Part shown: piece after piece, positions 10,858-21,883 of the stretch
Layout: each line of letters starts with the position of its first letter
Position numbering within the stretch: position 1 is the first letter of the stretch
Source of the DNA: Candidatus Bathyarchaeia archaeon
Lineage (GTDB): Archaea; Thermoproteota; Bathyarchaeia; Bathyarchaeales; Bathycorpusculaceae
Reading direction: 5' to 3'
NCBI GenBank assembly: GCA_049512075.1
Contig: JBEKXL010000001.1
Location: forward strand, 96,001 to 160,000
DNA length: 64,000 nt
Position numbers and translations under genes: made by a program
Notes under the pieces: model-generated
Database searches by the model: none
What the model saw: only the letters and a program-made list of their open reading frames with translations
What the model was told of the DNA's origin: nothing

Positions 10858-11109
10858 ATGCCCACAAAGAACGTTGGCCCAAAAGGACAAGTTGTGATTC
10901 CTAAACGCATAAGAAATGCCCTAGGTCTAAAGCCAGGTGTCGACGTGACCATAGAACTCAGAGGAGACGAAATAGTGATAAGCAAACCAAAAATTGAAGG
11001 CAGCTACACCGAGTACTATACTTCCACACAGTCTGCAAAGCTAAAGGAGCCGGCGGATATCAAAAAGATAATAACCGAAGAGGTAACCCAGAGACATGCC
11101 CTACATTGA
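10858..11109 (+). CDS. vapB: AbrB/MazE/SpoVT-type antitoxin (VapB)
   Basis: VGPKGQVVIPKRIRNALGLKPG; overlaps the downstream PIN gene. Confidence 0.88.
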   Translation: MPTKNVGPKGQVVIPKRIRNALGLKPGVDVTIELRGDEIVISKPKIEGSYTEYYTSTQSAKLKEPADIKKIITEEVTQRHALH

Positions 11110-11504
11110 TTCCAACGTGTTTATATACCCCGCCATATACCAAACAGAATCGCAACAAAAGGCAAAAAAAGCCAAAGAAATACTCCTAAAGATAGAAAAA
11201 GGAGATATCAGCACACACGTCAACGCTGACATGGGATGAAGTCGTATGGGTTGTCGGCAAGCTATTAAGCAGAGATGACGGAATAAACTAGGGCAAAAAA
11301 CTACTCGGCTTCCCAAACCTGGAAGTCATAAACGTAGACGAAGGGATACTGACCCTAGCCCAAAACCTATTAAACAAATACAAGCTCAGCCCGCGCGATT
11401 CCATACACGCAGCCTCGGCAGTCAGCAGAAAGATAAAAGCAGTTATCAGCGACGACAAAGACTTTGACCAAGTCAAAGAAATAACTAGAGCTCCGCTAGG
11501 ATAA
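11096..11504 (+). pseudogene. vapC: VapC/PIN toxin with a frameshift (~11207) and a premature TAG (11289-11291)
   Basis: MPYIDSNVFIY in one frame; TSTLTWDEVVW...LSPRDSIHAASA..ISDDKDFD in the next frame. Confidence 0.85.
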
Positions 11505-11783
11505 CACCCACGCGCGCTTCCCTCCAGTGCCAGAGTCGCCATCAAACAAAGGTTTCTCCCAGCAAACTGTTCAGACTTGCCTACCTAAAACCGCACACGC
11601 AGACACAACAAATCAGATTTGCTCCGAATGGAGGGGCCTACACCCATTGCACGCACACACAAACTACAGAACGACGTTGCCATACCAGAAAACTCGACAC
11701 GAAACATGACCCCTTGCAAAATCATCTAGGTCATATCGGGGACCCGGGGTAGGCCGTGAGAGCGCAAGCAATTCTAGGATGGT

Positions 11784-12692
11784 TTATACGATTATTTTGA
11801 AGAAGTCTCTTTCCGTTATAATGCCCACAAGCTTCTCATTCTTCACGACGGGCATAGCGCCTATGTTCTTCTCCCGCATAACCTTCGCCGCCTGCCCCAC
11901 ATCCACATCTGGCTCAATCGTCGTCACCGCCTTTGAAGCTATCTCCAAAGCAGGATTATTCAACACTTGGATAATCGTTCCAGACCGCAAATACGCAAAC
12001 GCCTCCCCACACCCGAAGAACCGAATAATATCCATAGCCGTAATTATGCCCACAATCTTCCCATCCGACACAATCGGCAGCCTCCTGAAACCCTCCGTAG
12101 CCATCGTCTTCTCCGCCTCGAAAATCGTCGTCTTCGGCAAAGCGGTTATCACCTTCTCCGACATAAGCTGAGACACTTTCACGCCGCTTGTCCTGTCAGC
12201 GAAAAGGTTTGCAATGTCCCTTTCAGTGATTATCGCCTTCACGCTGCCTTTTTCGTCGACAACGGGCAGACCGCCCAGGTTCGACTCCTTCATCTTTCCT
12301 ATCGCTTCACTTATCTTCGCAGACGTCTTCACCGATACAACGTTCTGCGTCATCACCAGCTTTATCGGCTCGTTAATCGCCTTGAAAAAGTTGCCACCAA
12401 ACCTCTGCCGAACCATCTCAAACTTCTCGCCCCCGCCCAAATAGTCAACCACGTCCGTAGCAGTCACTATCCCTTCCAGATGCTTGGTTCCAGCGTTGAC
12501 GATGGGCAACCGACGAAAACCCTTGTCCGCCATCAAGTGGATGGCATCGTAAATCGGCGTGGTCGGAGCCACCATGACAACTGGACTCTTCGCTACGGTC
12601 AAGATTTCGCCGTCACGCTTCTTCGCCCCGTGAACTTTTAAGTCAACGGGACCCCTTCCCCTGATTCTTCTCCTGAAACCTTCTTTGCTCAA
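11784..12692 (-). CDS. CBS-domain protein (4 CBS)
   Basis: Repeated RRLPIV/GIVTxxD CBS motifs. Confidence 0.9.
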   Translation of the reverse strand: MSKEGFRRRIRGRGPVDLKVHGAKKRDGEILTVAKSPVVMVAPTTPIYDAIHLMADKGFRRLPIVNAGTKHLEGIVTATDVVDYLGGGEKFEMVRQRFGGNFFKAINEPIKLVMTQNVVSVKTSAKISEAIGKMKESNLGGLPVVDEKGSVKAIITERDIANLFADRTSGVKVSQLMSEKVITALPKTTIFEAEKTMATEGFRRLPIVSDGKIVGIITAMDIIRFFGCGEAFAYLRSGTIIQVLNNPALEIASKAVTTIEPDVDVGQAAKVMREKNIGAMPVVKNEKLVGIITERDFFKIIV

Positions 12693-12702
12693 CTGTTTTC
12701 CC

Positions 12703-13497
12703 TCACTTCACGGTCAGCCTAACAATGTCTTCGCGGTCAACTATGCCGATGAGCCTGCCGCCTTTGTCCTTAACCGGAACCCTGCCTATGTCCTTTGAAA
12801 CCATGACCTTGGCAACTCTTATCGCCTTTACCGAAGGCTCCACGGCCACGACCTCCGTCTTCATCACAGAAGAGATTTTGGGCGAACCGCGAATCTTTTG
12901 AGACTCAAACGTCGGCAGATAGGCGCCGCTCTGCAGCAGATCCTTGTGCGTCACGATGCCTACAAGTTTACCGTTCTTAACCACTGGAAGGCCGGCGAAA
13001 CGCCTCTCCTGCATCAGACGCCAAATGTGTTCAACCTCGTCATCCGGCGAACACGTCACAACGTCCTTGGTCATTATTTCCGAGACGTCTTTCGCGAATT
13101 TTTCTGGGTTTGTTTCGATTTGCTGTTCTATGAACGTTTCCAGTCCTAAGACTCCTTGGTAGGTTCCGTCTTGAGGCGACGTGACAACTGGCGCGCACCA
13201 CACGTCCACTTTGAGCATGGTTTTAACGGTTGACGTCACGTCATCGTCGACCGTTGCAACGTGCTTTGCAGGGGTCATTATACCCTTGACAAGAATCGAA
13301 GATTTGGATGACGATATGGCCATAACGTCGCGTCTGGACACTTTTCCTAGAAGCTTTTTGTTCCCGTCCGTTACGGGCAGAATCCTGAGGTTGAAGTCCC
13401 GTATCATTGCACGGGCTTTTGTGGCGAGCTCATCCAAGTAAATGGAAGGGTGTTTTCCATCCATGATTTCTTTGACACGCAAGCGAGCCCCTCTCAC
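12703..13497 (-). CDS. CBS-domain protein (4 CBS)
   Basis: IMTKDVVT, GLPVVKNGKLVGIVT, GRVPV..GIVDRED. Confidence 0.9.
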   Translation of the reverse strand: MRGARLRVKEIMDGKHPSIYLDELATKARAMIRDFNLRILPVTDGNKKLLGKVSRRDVMAISSSKSSILVKGIMTPAKHVATVDDDVTSTVKTMLKVDVWCAPVVTSPQDGTYQGVLGLETFIEQQIETNPEKFAKDVSEIMTKDVVTCSPDDEVEHIWRLMQERRFAGLPVVKNGKLVGIVTHKDLLQSGAYLPTFESQKIRGSPKISSVMKTEVVAVEPSVKAIRVAKVMVSKDIGRVPVKDKGGRLIGIVDREDIVRLTVK

Positions 13498-14099
13498 TCT
13501 TCGGTTTCTTCCAGTTCAACCCTGCAGTCTTCACAGTGGTATTCGCCGTTGACTTCTGTCAGGGTGTCAGACCAGACGCCGCAGTGGTCGCAGTACCCTG
13601 CCAGCGGGGCCGGTTCGTCGTGTTCCTCTTCAGCCATGTTTTCGCCTTCAATCATGGCTTTTTCCTGGATTATTTCGAGGAGTTCAGGCATGACGCCAAG
13701 GACGTCTTTGCTCGAGATTATGCCGACGAGCCGTCCCTTGTACACGACGCCCAGCCTTCCTATGTTCAACCTGCTCATCCTTCGGGCAGTCTCCGTGATC
13801 GTAGCGTCCGGCTCTATCGTGATAAGCGGCGACGTCATGACTTCCTCGGCTTTAAGCGCGTCTGGTTTGGCGTTCTTGGCCAGCACTCTCAGGACGAGGT
13901 CTCTTTCGGTTATTACGCCGATTGGTTTTTCCTCTTTAGTCGTCACTATTATGCAGCCCACATCGTGCTTGTCCATAAGCTCCGCAACACGGTTCGCCAG
14001 CGCGTTTTCCTCCACAGTAATGACTGGGCTACTCATGACATCCTTGACCAGCATCTTAGGCCTTAACCCCAAATCAGACATTTTGTTCAGCCACACCAA
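13494..14099 (-). CDS. CBS-pair protein with C-terminal Zn ribbon
   Basis: GVITERD CBS motifs; GYCDHCG...YHCEDC; start may be the ATG at 14081. Confidence 0.88.
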   Translation of the reverse strand: MVWLNKMSDLGLRPKMLVKDVMSSPVITVEENALANRVAELMDKHDVGCIIVTTKEEKPIGVITERDLVLRVLAKNAKPDALKAEEVMTSPLITIEPDATITETARRMSRLNIGRLGVVYKGRLVGIISSKDVLGVMPELLEIIQEKAMIEGENMAEEEHDEPAPLAGYCDHCGVWSDTLTEVNGEYHCEDCRVELEETEE

Positions 14100-14261
14100 C
14101 TCGTGCTTCGAAACGCTTTGACTTTACTCAACTGAAAAGATACGCTGTAATTTAAGACTTGCTAACGCAGGATAAGGAACCGATTGAAACCCTTTTTTGC
14201 CATGCGCCAAGTTTTATATGCCTCCACTTATAGAGACAGTTCCCCGAAGAGAGGAATGCCC

Positions 14262-15161
14262 ATGCTGAGGACTAACGTTGACAAGTTGGTGAGGCTTTCT
14301 GTATTCGGAGAGGCCGCCAGCCCAGTTTTCGGGAGAGGTGTTTACAGGATTTCAGCGCAAGGCAACCCTATGGTTTTGCCGGGCGTGGGCGGTATCACTT
14401 ACAACGTCAGGGTTGGCGATCCAGCTTGCGGCTGGGAGGCTGATCACGTGGAGCCAGGCGTGAGTGTCGAGAACAAGGAGAATGACGTGCGGTTTGGGCA
14501 GGGCGCGAACGCCGCGTTCAACGTACTTTCATGCGTCGGAAACGAGGCTGTCGTAGTTACTGGCGAGGCAAAAGGCGCGAAGGGCGTTGTCACGGGCAAA
14601 CACGGCGGAATAGAGCACGTTCTGGTGGACGTTCAGCCCGAGGTCATGGAGAAACTCATGCTCGGCGACAAGTTCCTAGTGAAAGCCTTCGGCGTGGGCT
14701 TGAAGCTTCTGGATTGTCCAGACATAATCGTCATGAACATAGACCCACGATTTCTTGAAGCGCTCAATCCAAAGGCGAAGGGTGACAAACTGGAGGTACC
14801 CGTGACACATGTAGTTCCCGCGGCCATCATGGGTTCAGGACTCGGCTCAGACAACACGTATTCGGGAGATTATGACATCCAACTCTTCGACGAGAAAGCA
14901 AGAAAGCAATACAAACTTGACAGTCTGAGGCTCGGCGACCTAGTCGCCATAACCGATGCGGACCACTCGTTCGGAAGGATTTACAGGCAGGGCGCGATTT
15001 CAGTAGGCATCGTCGTACACACGAACTGCGTGTCAGCAGGCCACGGGCCGGGAGTAACAACTCTGTTCACATCTCGCACTGGAAAAATCACCCCGAAGAT
15101 AGACGCGAAAGCAAACATTGCGACCATCCTGAAGCTGAGAAACACCAAGCCAAAGCGTTGA
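14262..15161 (+). CDS. DUF4438-family protein
   Basis: LPGVGGITYN, DHVEPGVS, GKHGGIEHV, GSGLGS, GHGPGVT; start MLRTN at 14262. Confidence 0.8.
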   Translation: MLRTNVDKLVRLSVFGEAASPVFGRGVYRISAQGNPMVLPGVGGITYNVRVGDPACGWEADHVEPGVSVENKENDVRFGQGANAAFNVLSCVGNEAVVVTGEAKGAKGVVTGKHGGIEHVLVDVQPEVMEKLMLGDKFLVKAFGVGLKLLDCPDIIVMNIDPRFLEALNPKAKGDKLEVPVTHVVPAAIMGSGLGSDNTYSGDYDIQLFDEKARKQYKLDSLRLGDLVAITDADHSFGRIYRQGAISVGIVVHTNCVSAGHGPGVTTLFTSRTGKITPKIDAKANIATILKLRNTKPKR

Positions 15162-15698
15162 ACAGGCACGCTAAGGTTCCAGCCCCTGCCTGCGAGTGCT
15201 TAATTCTTAAATAAGACTTAGCGCGCTGAAGCCTACAATAGGAGTTGCATCAAGCATGTAACTACTAGCAGGTGTGCTCGCACGTATAGATTGGAGCTCG
15301 AAGTCGTTTAGGCCATGCAAAAATGTGCCGCAAACTACGCGCGCGGCAACGAACATAAGGCTCACGGGCGGCGAATACGCGCGAACCTATACATTCGCGC
15401 CTGAGTTGGAAGGAAAATATAACGTTGAAGTAACCTTCGCCTATGATTCCACCGTAGACACCTTTAACGGACAATCGTAAATAGTTGCCTAGAAACTCCG
15501 CGGGCGCTAGGGCTAGTGTTCACAATTAACGTGAAGATCTTAAATGGAGTGCCAATACTAGGCATTGCAAGCTCAATTCTCCCTTTCTTCATTGCGCAGG
15601 ATTTCGATGAAAAACAAGTGAGCGGCACCAGCGTGAGAATAGATATATAAACCTACATGTTCATTTGTGTGTTGAAGGATGATTTAGGAGTAATCAGG

Positions 15699-15995
15699 TT
15701 GCCTTTTAAGCGTAAGAGCCGTGGTAGATCTAAAGGTGGCAAAGGCAGTAGCGGTTCTATTCAGTGTGCCAGTTGCGGAGCTATGGTGCCGCGGGATAAG
15801 GCCAAGAAGGTTACTAAGAGGCTTTCTTTCGTCGATTATGCCTTGGCCAAGGAGCTTCGGCAGAAGGGCACGTACATTGCCGTGCCATCCGACACGAAGT
15901 ACTACTGCGTTTCATGCGCGGTCCATCGAGGAGTAGTGAAGGTTAGAGCTGAGAGCGAGCGTCACATGCGCACGCGACCGGGAAGAAGATACTGA
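15699..15995 (+). CDS. rps26e: 30S ribosomal protein S26e
   Basis: PFKRKSRGRSK, CASCGAMVPRDKAKK, YCVSCAVH; TTG start after the SD-like AGGAG. Confidence 0.95.
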   Translation: MPFKRKSRGRSKGGKGSSGSIQCASCGAMVPRDKAKKVTKRLSFVDYALAKELRQKGTYIAVPSDTKYYCVSCAVHRGVVKVRAESERHMRTRPGRRY

Positions 15996-15998
15996 AGT

Positions 15999-16610
15999 TC
16001 AGACAGTTTCCTTTTTCTTTGATTTTCCGTGAACGTACAGGCCTCTCTGCAAGACCGTCAAGTTTGAGAGTATTGCAAGCAGGATGACACCGACGTTCAT
16101 CACCGTCGTCGGCTGCCAAAAAACTGCTATCAGGGTTGCCACGAGCAGTATGATCATGCGCTCCGCTCTCTCTGCCAGGCCGACTGACTCCATTTTGATT
16201 CCAGCCGCTTCTGCCCTTGCACGACTGTAACTCACGAGGAGGGAACCGACTGTCGCGATCAAGCCCCACAGAACGTTGCACAGGCCCCCCACGATTATAC
16301 CGAAGTAAACTGCGGCGTCAGCGTACCTGTCTAGCACAGAATCCAAAAAACCGCCCAAAACCGTTGCCTGCCCGTACAGCCTCGCGACTATTCCGTCCAA
16401 CGCGTCGCAGAAACCTGAGAGCAAGAGCAGAACAAACGCGAGCAGAAGAAAAAACGTGCGGTTCTGCCATTCTGCATAAGCGAAGGCTGATAGAAAAGCC
16501 AATAGCATGCCTGTGCCGGTTATCATGTTAGGCGTCAAGCCTATTCTGTGAGCCGCTCTTGCCTCAGCTGCAAGCGCCTGCTGGACCTTCTGCTTCAGTC
16601 TCGTGAGCAT
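15999..16610 (-). CDS. pgsA: CDP-alcohol phosphatidyltransferase (archaetidylinositol-phosphate synthase-like)
   Basis: TPN, DALDGIVAR...GGFLDSVLDRYAD, SYSRARAE. Confidence 0.88.
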   Translation of the reverse strand: MLTRLKQKVQQALAAEARAAHRIGLTPNMITGTGMLLAFLSAFAYAEWQNRTFFLLLAFVLLLLSGFCDALDGIVARLYGQATVLGGFLDSVLDRYADAAVYFGIIVGGLCNVLWGLIATVGSLLVSYSRARAEAAGIKMESVGLAERAERMIILLVATLIAVFWQPTTVMNVGVILLAILSNLTVLQRGLYVHGKSKKKETV

Positions 16611-16677
16611 TTACGGTTGCTTCTCCAGCAATTCTTAATTAAGCTTGGATATGTAAAGAGCTTGAGTTAAAAGGTGT

Positions 16678-16977
16678 TTGGAGATGATTAACGTCACTAC
16701 TGTTAAGGTTGACGGCAAAGCTTGTCTGGGCTTGAGAGTCGATTTGCCCGAGAGCCCACCCCTGCTTCTTATGGTCGCGGACAAAGGCTTCGTGATGTGC
16801 GGCTTCCTAAACATTGACGCAGCTGAAAAACTGGGCGTGGCGGCAGCCATGGTCAGCGGAGTGAAAACCTTCGAAGACGTACTCAACGCACAAGTCAAGG
16901 CTACAACGACCAAAGCGAAAAACTCGGGCGTCGATGCCGGGATGAAAGGATCTGAAGCCTTGAAGCACATGTCCTAG
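16678..16977 (+). CDS. YunC/DUF1805-family protein
   Basis: KGFVMCGFLN, AAMVSGVKTFEDVL, GMKGSEAL. Confidence 0.85.
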   Translation: MEMINVTTVKVDGKACLGLRVDLPESPPLLLMVADKGFVMCGFLNIDAAEKLGVAAAMVSGVKTFEDVLNAQVKATTTKAKNSGVDAGMKGSEALKHMS

Positions 16978-17118
16978 AACCTGGCCTTCAGCAGCTTTAC
17001 TGCGCATGAGAGGGCAACTCCCTATTTCGGGTTCTTGCGAGCATTTCAAGGCTCTCAGTGCGCGTGTGTTATGTTCTTATAGGTGCGAACTAGTCTGTAG
17101 CCTACTGGGTGTTAGGAG

Positions 17119-18090
17119 TTGGCGGGGCTTCTTGATCCTCTGGAAGTGAAGGGGCTGACTCTTAGGAATCGCATAGTTATGCCTCCCATGCAGACAGGTC
17201 GGGCCACGGTTAAAGGCGCGGTCACGGATAGGCTAATTGGCTTTTACGTGAGGCGTTCGGCGGCCTTGGGCTTGTTGATCGTTGAGCACGCATACGTTTC
17301 TCCGGGTGGAAAGTTGAGTCCAAAGCAGCTGGGGATCTATGATGACGAGTTGATCGGCGGGTTGGAGAAGCTTGCGGGCAGCGTTCACGCGCTAGGCACT
17401 CCTGTTGTCGTGCAGATTACGCATGCTGGAGGAGTTGGGAACAGCAAAGTCATAGGCGGGGAGCCTGCCGGTCCTTCTGCAACTGGGAAAGCTCGTGAGT
17501 TGGCCAGAAGCGAGATTGAAGCTCTGGTTAAAGAGTTTGCCGTGGCCGCCGAACGTGCGGTTAAAGCGGGTTTTGACGGGGTTGAGCTTCACGGTGCGCA
17601 TGGTTTCCTGCTTAACCAGTTCTTTTCGCCTTTGCTTAACAAGCGTGAGGACGAGTATGGCGGTTCCTTGGAGAACAGGATGCGTTTCCCCCTCATGGTT
17701 GTCGAGAAGGTCCGTGAAAGTGTCAGGGGGAGGCTTCTGCTTTACCGGTTAGGCTCGGACGATTTGGCCACAAACGGCACGCACGTAGAGGACTCGGCTG
17801 CTTTTGCTGCGAAGCTCGAGCAGTGCGGTGTTGACGTTGTTGACGTGTCGGGCGGCTTGTGCGGAAGCGAGCCTAAACAGCTTCGAGGCGTCAAAGGTTA
17901 CTTTGTTCCTCAAGCTTATGAGATAAAGAAGGCTGTTAAGGTCCCCGTTATCGGTGTTGGGGGAATCACTGAGGCTGAGTACGCTGATAGGCTGATTCGA
18001 GACGGAAAGGTTGACCTGGTGGCCGTGGGCAGAGCGCTCTGGAAGGATCCGAAATGGGCCGAAAAAGCCGTTGAAGCACTGAAAGCCTGA
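17119..18090 (+). CDS. NADH:flavin oxidoreductase (Old Yellow Enzyme family)
   Basis: LRNRIVMPPM, GFDGVELHGAHGFLLNQF, DEYGGSLENRMRF. Confidence 0.92.
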   Translation: MAGLLDPLEVKGLTLRNRIVMPPMQTGRATVKGAVTDRLIGFYVRRSAALGLLIVEHAYVSPGGKLSPKQLGIYDDELIGGLEKLAGSVHALGTPVVVQITHAGGVGNSKVIGGEPAGPSATGKARELARSEIEALVKEFAVAAERAVKAGFDGVELHGAHGFLLNQFFSPLLNKREDEYGGSLENRMRFPLMVVEKVRESVRGRLLLYRLGSDDLATNGTHVEDSAAFAAKLEQCGVDVVDVSGGLCGSEPKQLRGVKGYFVPQAYEIKKAVKVPVIGVGGITEAEYADRLIRDGKVDLVAVGRALWKDPKWAEKAVEALKA

Positions 18091-18307
18091 CGACCTTGCA
18101 GAGTATTCATCGAGATTCTAATGATGTTGCCGCGCTATTGCGCCTGCTATCAGCAGTCACTTGTTTACCGAAAGGTCATATTTCACGTTTTTCAGTATCG
18201 GGTCATAGAAGAAAGCTCTACCTCAATTGTTGCAGTTATTGACGCGCGGTAATAAGAGAATAGAAAAAAGGGGTCTGCCAGTGACGTCTCCGCTGTGGTG
18301 GGCGTTG

Positions 18308-19447
18308 CTACTGTCTGTCTTTTGGTTCCTGTCTTTTGATTCTCGCCGCGACCGCTAGGCTCAGAGCCGCCACTGCAAGCGCCGCAAAGGCTACGATGGT
18401 TGGAGGCAACGCGCTTCCAGTGAAGAGGCCCGACTCGGTGGACGATGTTGGTTGAGGGTTCGCTGGTGTTGTTGAGGTTGGATTCGTTGGGGCCTGGTAG
18501 TTCTTTAACAGTGGGTTTCCTTGTTGTTGCTGGTACACTGTGGCTGGGATTGAGCTGGAGCTGGAGGACGCGGTCGCTTCGCCTCCTATTGTTGACGTTG
18601 TTTGGACTCCGTACGGCATCACCCAGTAGTTAGGCTGCTGAACATGCAAAGTTATCAAGGCACTGGTCTGGGGAGGAACTATCAGCGTTGAACCCGCCAG
18701 TCCGACGTACGTTGGCTGCCAGTAGACGGTCACGTTCACCTCTTCACCTGCGACGATGACCTGAACCGTTGTCTGGTCTTTCGGCATGTTCACGGGTATC
18801 CAGCTCCAAGCGTCGACCTGAACAGGTGCCTGAGGCGTCACAAGGGTAGCCATGCCATCAGCTTGTGTGGTATTCCACATTATGGCGTTGCTTTCATAAC
18901 CCCAATAGTACCAAGATCCTACGACTGATGCAGAGACGGAAGCGCCCTCAGCGGCGGTTCCGTTGGCGTAGACAACTTTGATCGTGAGTATGGTTGTGGG
19001 GAAGGATGTAACGTTCTGTGTCGAGATTGTGAAGGTTGCCGAACCAGAGACCTGCTGCACCGAGTAACCGTACTCTGCCACTGGCGCTTCGTAGTAGGGC
19101 ATCGCCAGGTTGCCTTGAGCAACATTGGCACCTACCATTGGCGAAGGTGAATAATAGATCTGATTGCTCGATTGATCGGCTGTGGCTGTGAATATATACT
19201 CTCCGTTTGGAAGCTCGAAGGAGGCCGCTGGATACTGAGTTTGAGAAGAAGCAACCATGTAACCGCTCATGTTAAAGGCGGAGACGGTGAAGTAGTCGGG
19301 AAGGCTGCTGACGGTCTGGACGAAAACCTGCACGTTATTGTACGAAGCTGCGCTGGCGAACGACAGTGAGCTGAAACCCAACGCGACGGTAAAACCTAGT
19401 ATGGCAGTTAGTGCGAAAATCAGAGACTTAGTCTTTGCCTTATTCAT
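18308..19447 (-). CDS. Secreted, C-terminally membrane-anchored protein
   Basis: Signal peptide, S/T/Q-rich body, P/T linker, TM helix + RIKR. Confidence 0.75.
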   Translation of the reverse strand: MNKAKTKSLIFALTAILGFTVALGFSSLSFASAASYNNVQVFVQTVSSLPDYFTVSAFNMSGYMVASSQTQYPAASFELPNGEYIFTATADQSSNQIYYSPSPMVGANVAQGNLAMPYYEAPVAEYGYSVQQVSGSATFTISTQNVTSFPTTILTIKVVYANGTAAEGASVSASVVGSWYYWGYESNAIMWNTTQADGMATLVTPQAPVQVDAWSWIPVNMPKDQTTVQVIVAGEEVNVTVYWQPTYVGLAGSTLIVPPQTSALITLHVQQPNYWVMPYGVQTTSTIGGEATASSSSSSIPATVYQQQQGNPLLKNYQAPTNPTSTTPANPQPTSSTESGLFTGSALPPTIVAFAALAVAALSLAVAARIKRQEPKDRQ

Positions 19448-19808
19448 ATAATTCTACTCCACTACTCCTAGCCTGAATCCGCTAGTTAAGCCTAGTTGTT
19501 AGTACAGCACCGTTCCAGATGTTGGTACAACATCATTGAACCTCCTAGAACGTTGGCGAATAGCATGCGTGATATAACTTGATCCCCCATAACAGACAAC
19601 CTGATAAAAAGCTCCTCTTTCCTTTTTTGCGTTCATTTCCAAGAAAGATACACACTTCTTTCTCGCTCGGCTACGCGCTTCGTCAGGAATGACTAGCGCA
19701 TTTTCTCTTACCACCGTAGCACTCCAACCGTTAAAACTTCGGATTTTGATGAAAACACAGAAGAGTTTGTAGAACTCTTGAATTTAGCACAAGAACTCCC
19801 GCGTCTCC

Positions 19809-20471
19809 ATGGCTGTGAGGTTTATAAGAACCGAAATCGAGAGGAACCTATGTCAAGAGAGTGTTGCCTTGTCCAAGAAAGAACTGGACGTTGTGGCCTC
19901 AGAGGTCAGAGTTTGCACGAAGTGTCCGCTCTGGAAGTCCCGCAAGAACGCGGTTCCTGGCGTTGGAAACCCTGAAACCCGAACAATGCTCATCGGAGAA
20001 GCCCCAGGCAGGTCAGAAGACGTCAAGGGTGAACCCTTCGTGGGGACGGCGGGCAAACTCCTCGACACACTCCTGTCACAAATCGGCCTTTCAAGAGAAC
20101 AAGTCTTCATAACAAACGTCGTGAAGTGCAGGCCGCCCGGAAACCGTCAGCCCAAGCCCCTGGAAATCGAAACCTGCACGCCATACCTGAACAGACAAAT
20201 ACTAATCATTCAGCCAGAGTTCATCGTCACGCTCGGCAGCCACTCCACAGCCTACGTTTTCTCAAAAACAACGCTGCCCTTCAGTAGCATAACACAAGTC
20301 CGCGGAAAGCCGCATAAAGCAACCATTCTAGGCGTGCCGCGGACAATCTTTCCAACATATCATCCAGCATCAGCCCTCTACAACCAAGAACACAAGAAAA
20401 TACTGGAACAAGATTTTCAACTGTTGAAAACTGAGCTGCGAAAAACTCACTCAAACCTTAGCGATCGTTAA
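19809..20471 (+). CDS. udg: Family 4 uracil-DNA glycosylase (true start probably TTG ~19869)
   Basis: CTKCPL, IGEAPG, PFVGTAG, NVVKCRPPGNR, TYHPAS. Confidence 0.93.
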   Translation: MAVRFIRTEIERNLCQESVALSKKELDVVASEVRVCTKCPLWKSRKNAVPGVGNPETRTMLIGEAPGRSEDVKGEPFVGTAGKLLDTLLSQIGLSREQVFITNVVKCRPPGNRQPKPLEIETCTPYLNRQILIIQPEFIVTLGSHSTAYVFSKTTLPFSSITQVRGKPHKATILGVPRTIFPTYHPASALYNQEHKKILEQDFQLLKTELRKTHSNLSDR

Positions 20472-20647
20472 CCTGTCAAAGTTTGACGTACCACCGACCT
20501 CTGTAACGTCTGCGCGGACGCAAATTCTCGACATAGCCGAATCTGATGCATAATACTCAAATGCCCAAGGGCGTTGCCCTCGCTGCAGCTTCCCAGTCTC
20601 ACGCAAAAGCGCGCTAGCAGCGCTGGAAAATTCACCAACGCACGCCG

Positions 20648-21418
20648 TTATGCGCTCACCTGCGGCGGCGGTTGAACAGGTCTGCCCAGTTTCTTGCGAA
20701 GCGCAATACGATACAGTTTTCTCAAGGATTTCACAAGCCGCTCGAGGCTGGGCAAGCCAGAGTATATTATGGGAATGCGATCATACTCCGCCAATCGTAT
20801 CGAGTACTCGTCCGGCTGAGCACCGTGAAAGACGACCACACGCGGTTTCAAGTTGCTTATACGCACGATAAGCATGGGAGGTATGCCGTCTTCTATGTTC
20901 GTGAATATCAACGCACGCTCGGTCGTCGCCCCGAAAACCTGCGAAAACTCCGAGCCCGAAAGTGTTTCCACGGCCCTCTTGCTGTCGACGACGGTGTAAC
21001 CGTTAACCTCCTTAACATAAGCGTCCAGACACGCGACTGTTTTGCCTTCTATGGCTTTGCAGAGATACTCCACCCTGACAGGTATTGGGAACTCGCGGAG
21101 GTCCACGATGGCGTTGCTCGGTGAACTCGTGAGCTTGGCGAACTCATGGATGAAACGGCCGCCCCTCTCCTCGTCGATTTTGAGCAGAGCCCACACGAAC
21201 CTGCGCACGAACTTTGTGCCGGGACTCGGCCGCCTGCCGCTTTCATAATCGCTAATCACCGATGACGAAACCAACATCTTGTCCGAAAGCCTCATCTGCG
21301 AAACAGCGAAAAGCTCACGCCACTTCCTCATAGTCGCCCATGGCTTGCTCGAGAGAATTATCTCCCCCGCAATCCTCCTCGCCAGAACGGAATCACGAAG
21401 ACTCGGAGACGCGGCCAT
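20648..21418 (-). CDS. XRE-type HTH transcriptional regulator (COG1709-like)
   Basis: IAGEIILS..MRKWRELF..SSVISDYESGRR.SPG; ERALIFTN. Confidence 0.8.
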   Translation of the reverse strand: MAASPSLRDSVLARRIAGEIILSSKPWATMRKWRELFAVSQMRLSDKMLVSSSVISDYESGRRPSPGTKFVRRFVWALLKIDEERGGRFIHEFAKLTSSPSNAIVDLREFPIPVRVEYLCKAIEGKTVACLDAYVKEVNGYTVVDSKRAVETLSGSEFSQVFGATTERALIFTNIEDGIPPMLIVRISNLKPRVVVFHGAQPDEYSIRLAEYDRIPIIYSGLPSLERLVKSLRKLYRIALRKKLGRPVQPPPQVSA

Positions 21419-21883
21419 CAGAGCTCGACCCTTCCAACTCAGCACGTTTCCGTAAGAATAACGTGCCCTATAAAAACCTATGCACGCACCGTAGCGCGCA
21501 TGCGTGTTCCTAAAATGGTGAAAAATGGTTTTAATTCCGTTTCTGCATGCTTCTGCAGGTTCGAGGGGACGAGACAGTGTGAAGAATTCAAGAGCAGATG
21601 CTAAGCCTAAAACTTCCCAAAATCACAAAGGACGAATAAAAACCATTTAAAACCAATTTAGGAACAAGCATGCGCGCTAAACCTATGGGATTATCTCGCA
21701 ACCGTTTATAGTGGCGATGTCACCCGCGCATCCTCCTCTTTTTTCTCTTTGTTCAATTTTTCAACGTCGAGTTCTCAATTTTGCCCTGTTTCTGACATTT
21801 GACTTGTCTCAACTTCGCCGATTCTTCTTCTGGTATTACACGAGGCGCTCGCTGTTCTCAGACGCAAAGCAGAAGGCGACCGC

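Noticed and set aside
11190-11300. vapC split as another BHB intron
   Set aside because: The lesions are missing bases and a point stop, not an insertion; no BHB fold seen
11784-14099. Three tandem CBS genes as a novel system
   Set aside because: Such CBS clusters are widespread in archaea
15274-15480. 68-aa ORF between the DUF4438 gene and rps26e
   Set aside because: No recognisable family; at best a fragment of a surface-protein gene
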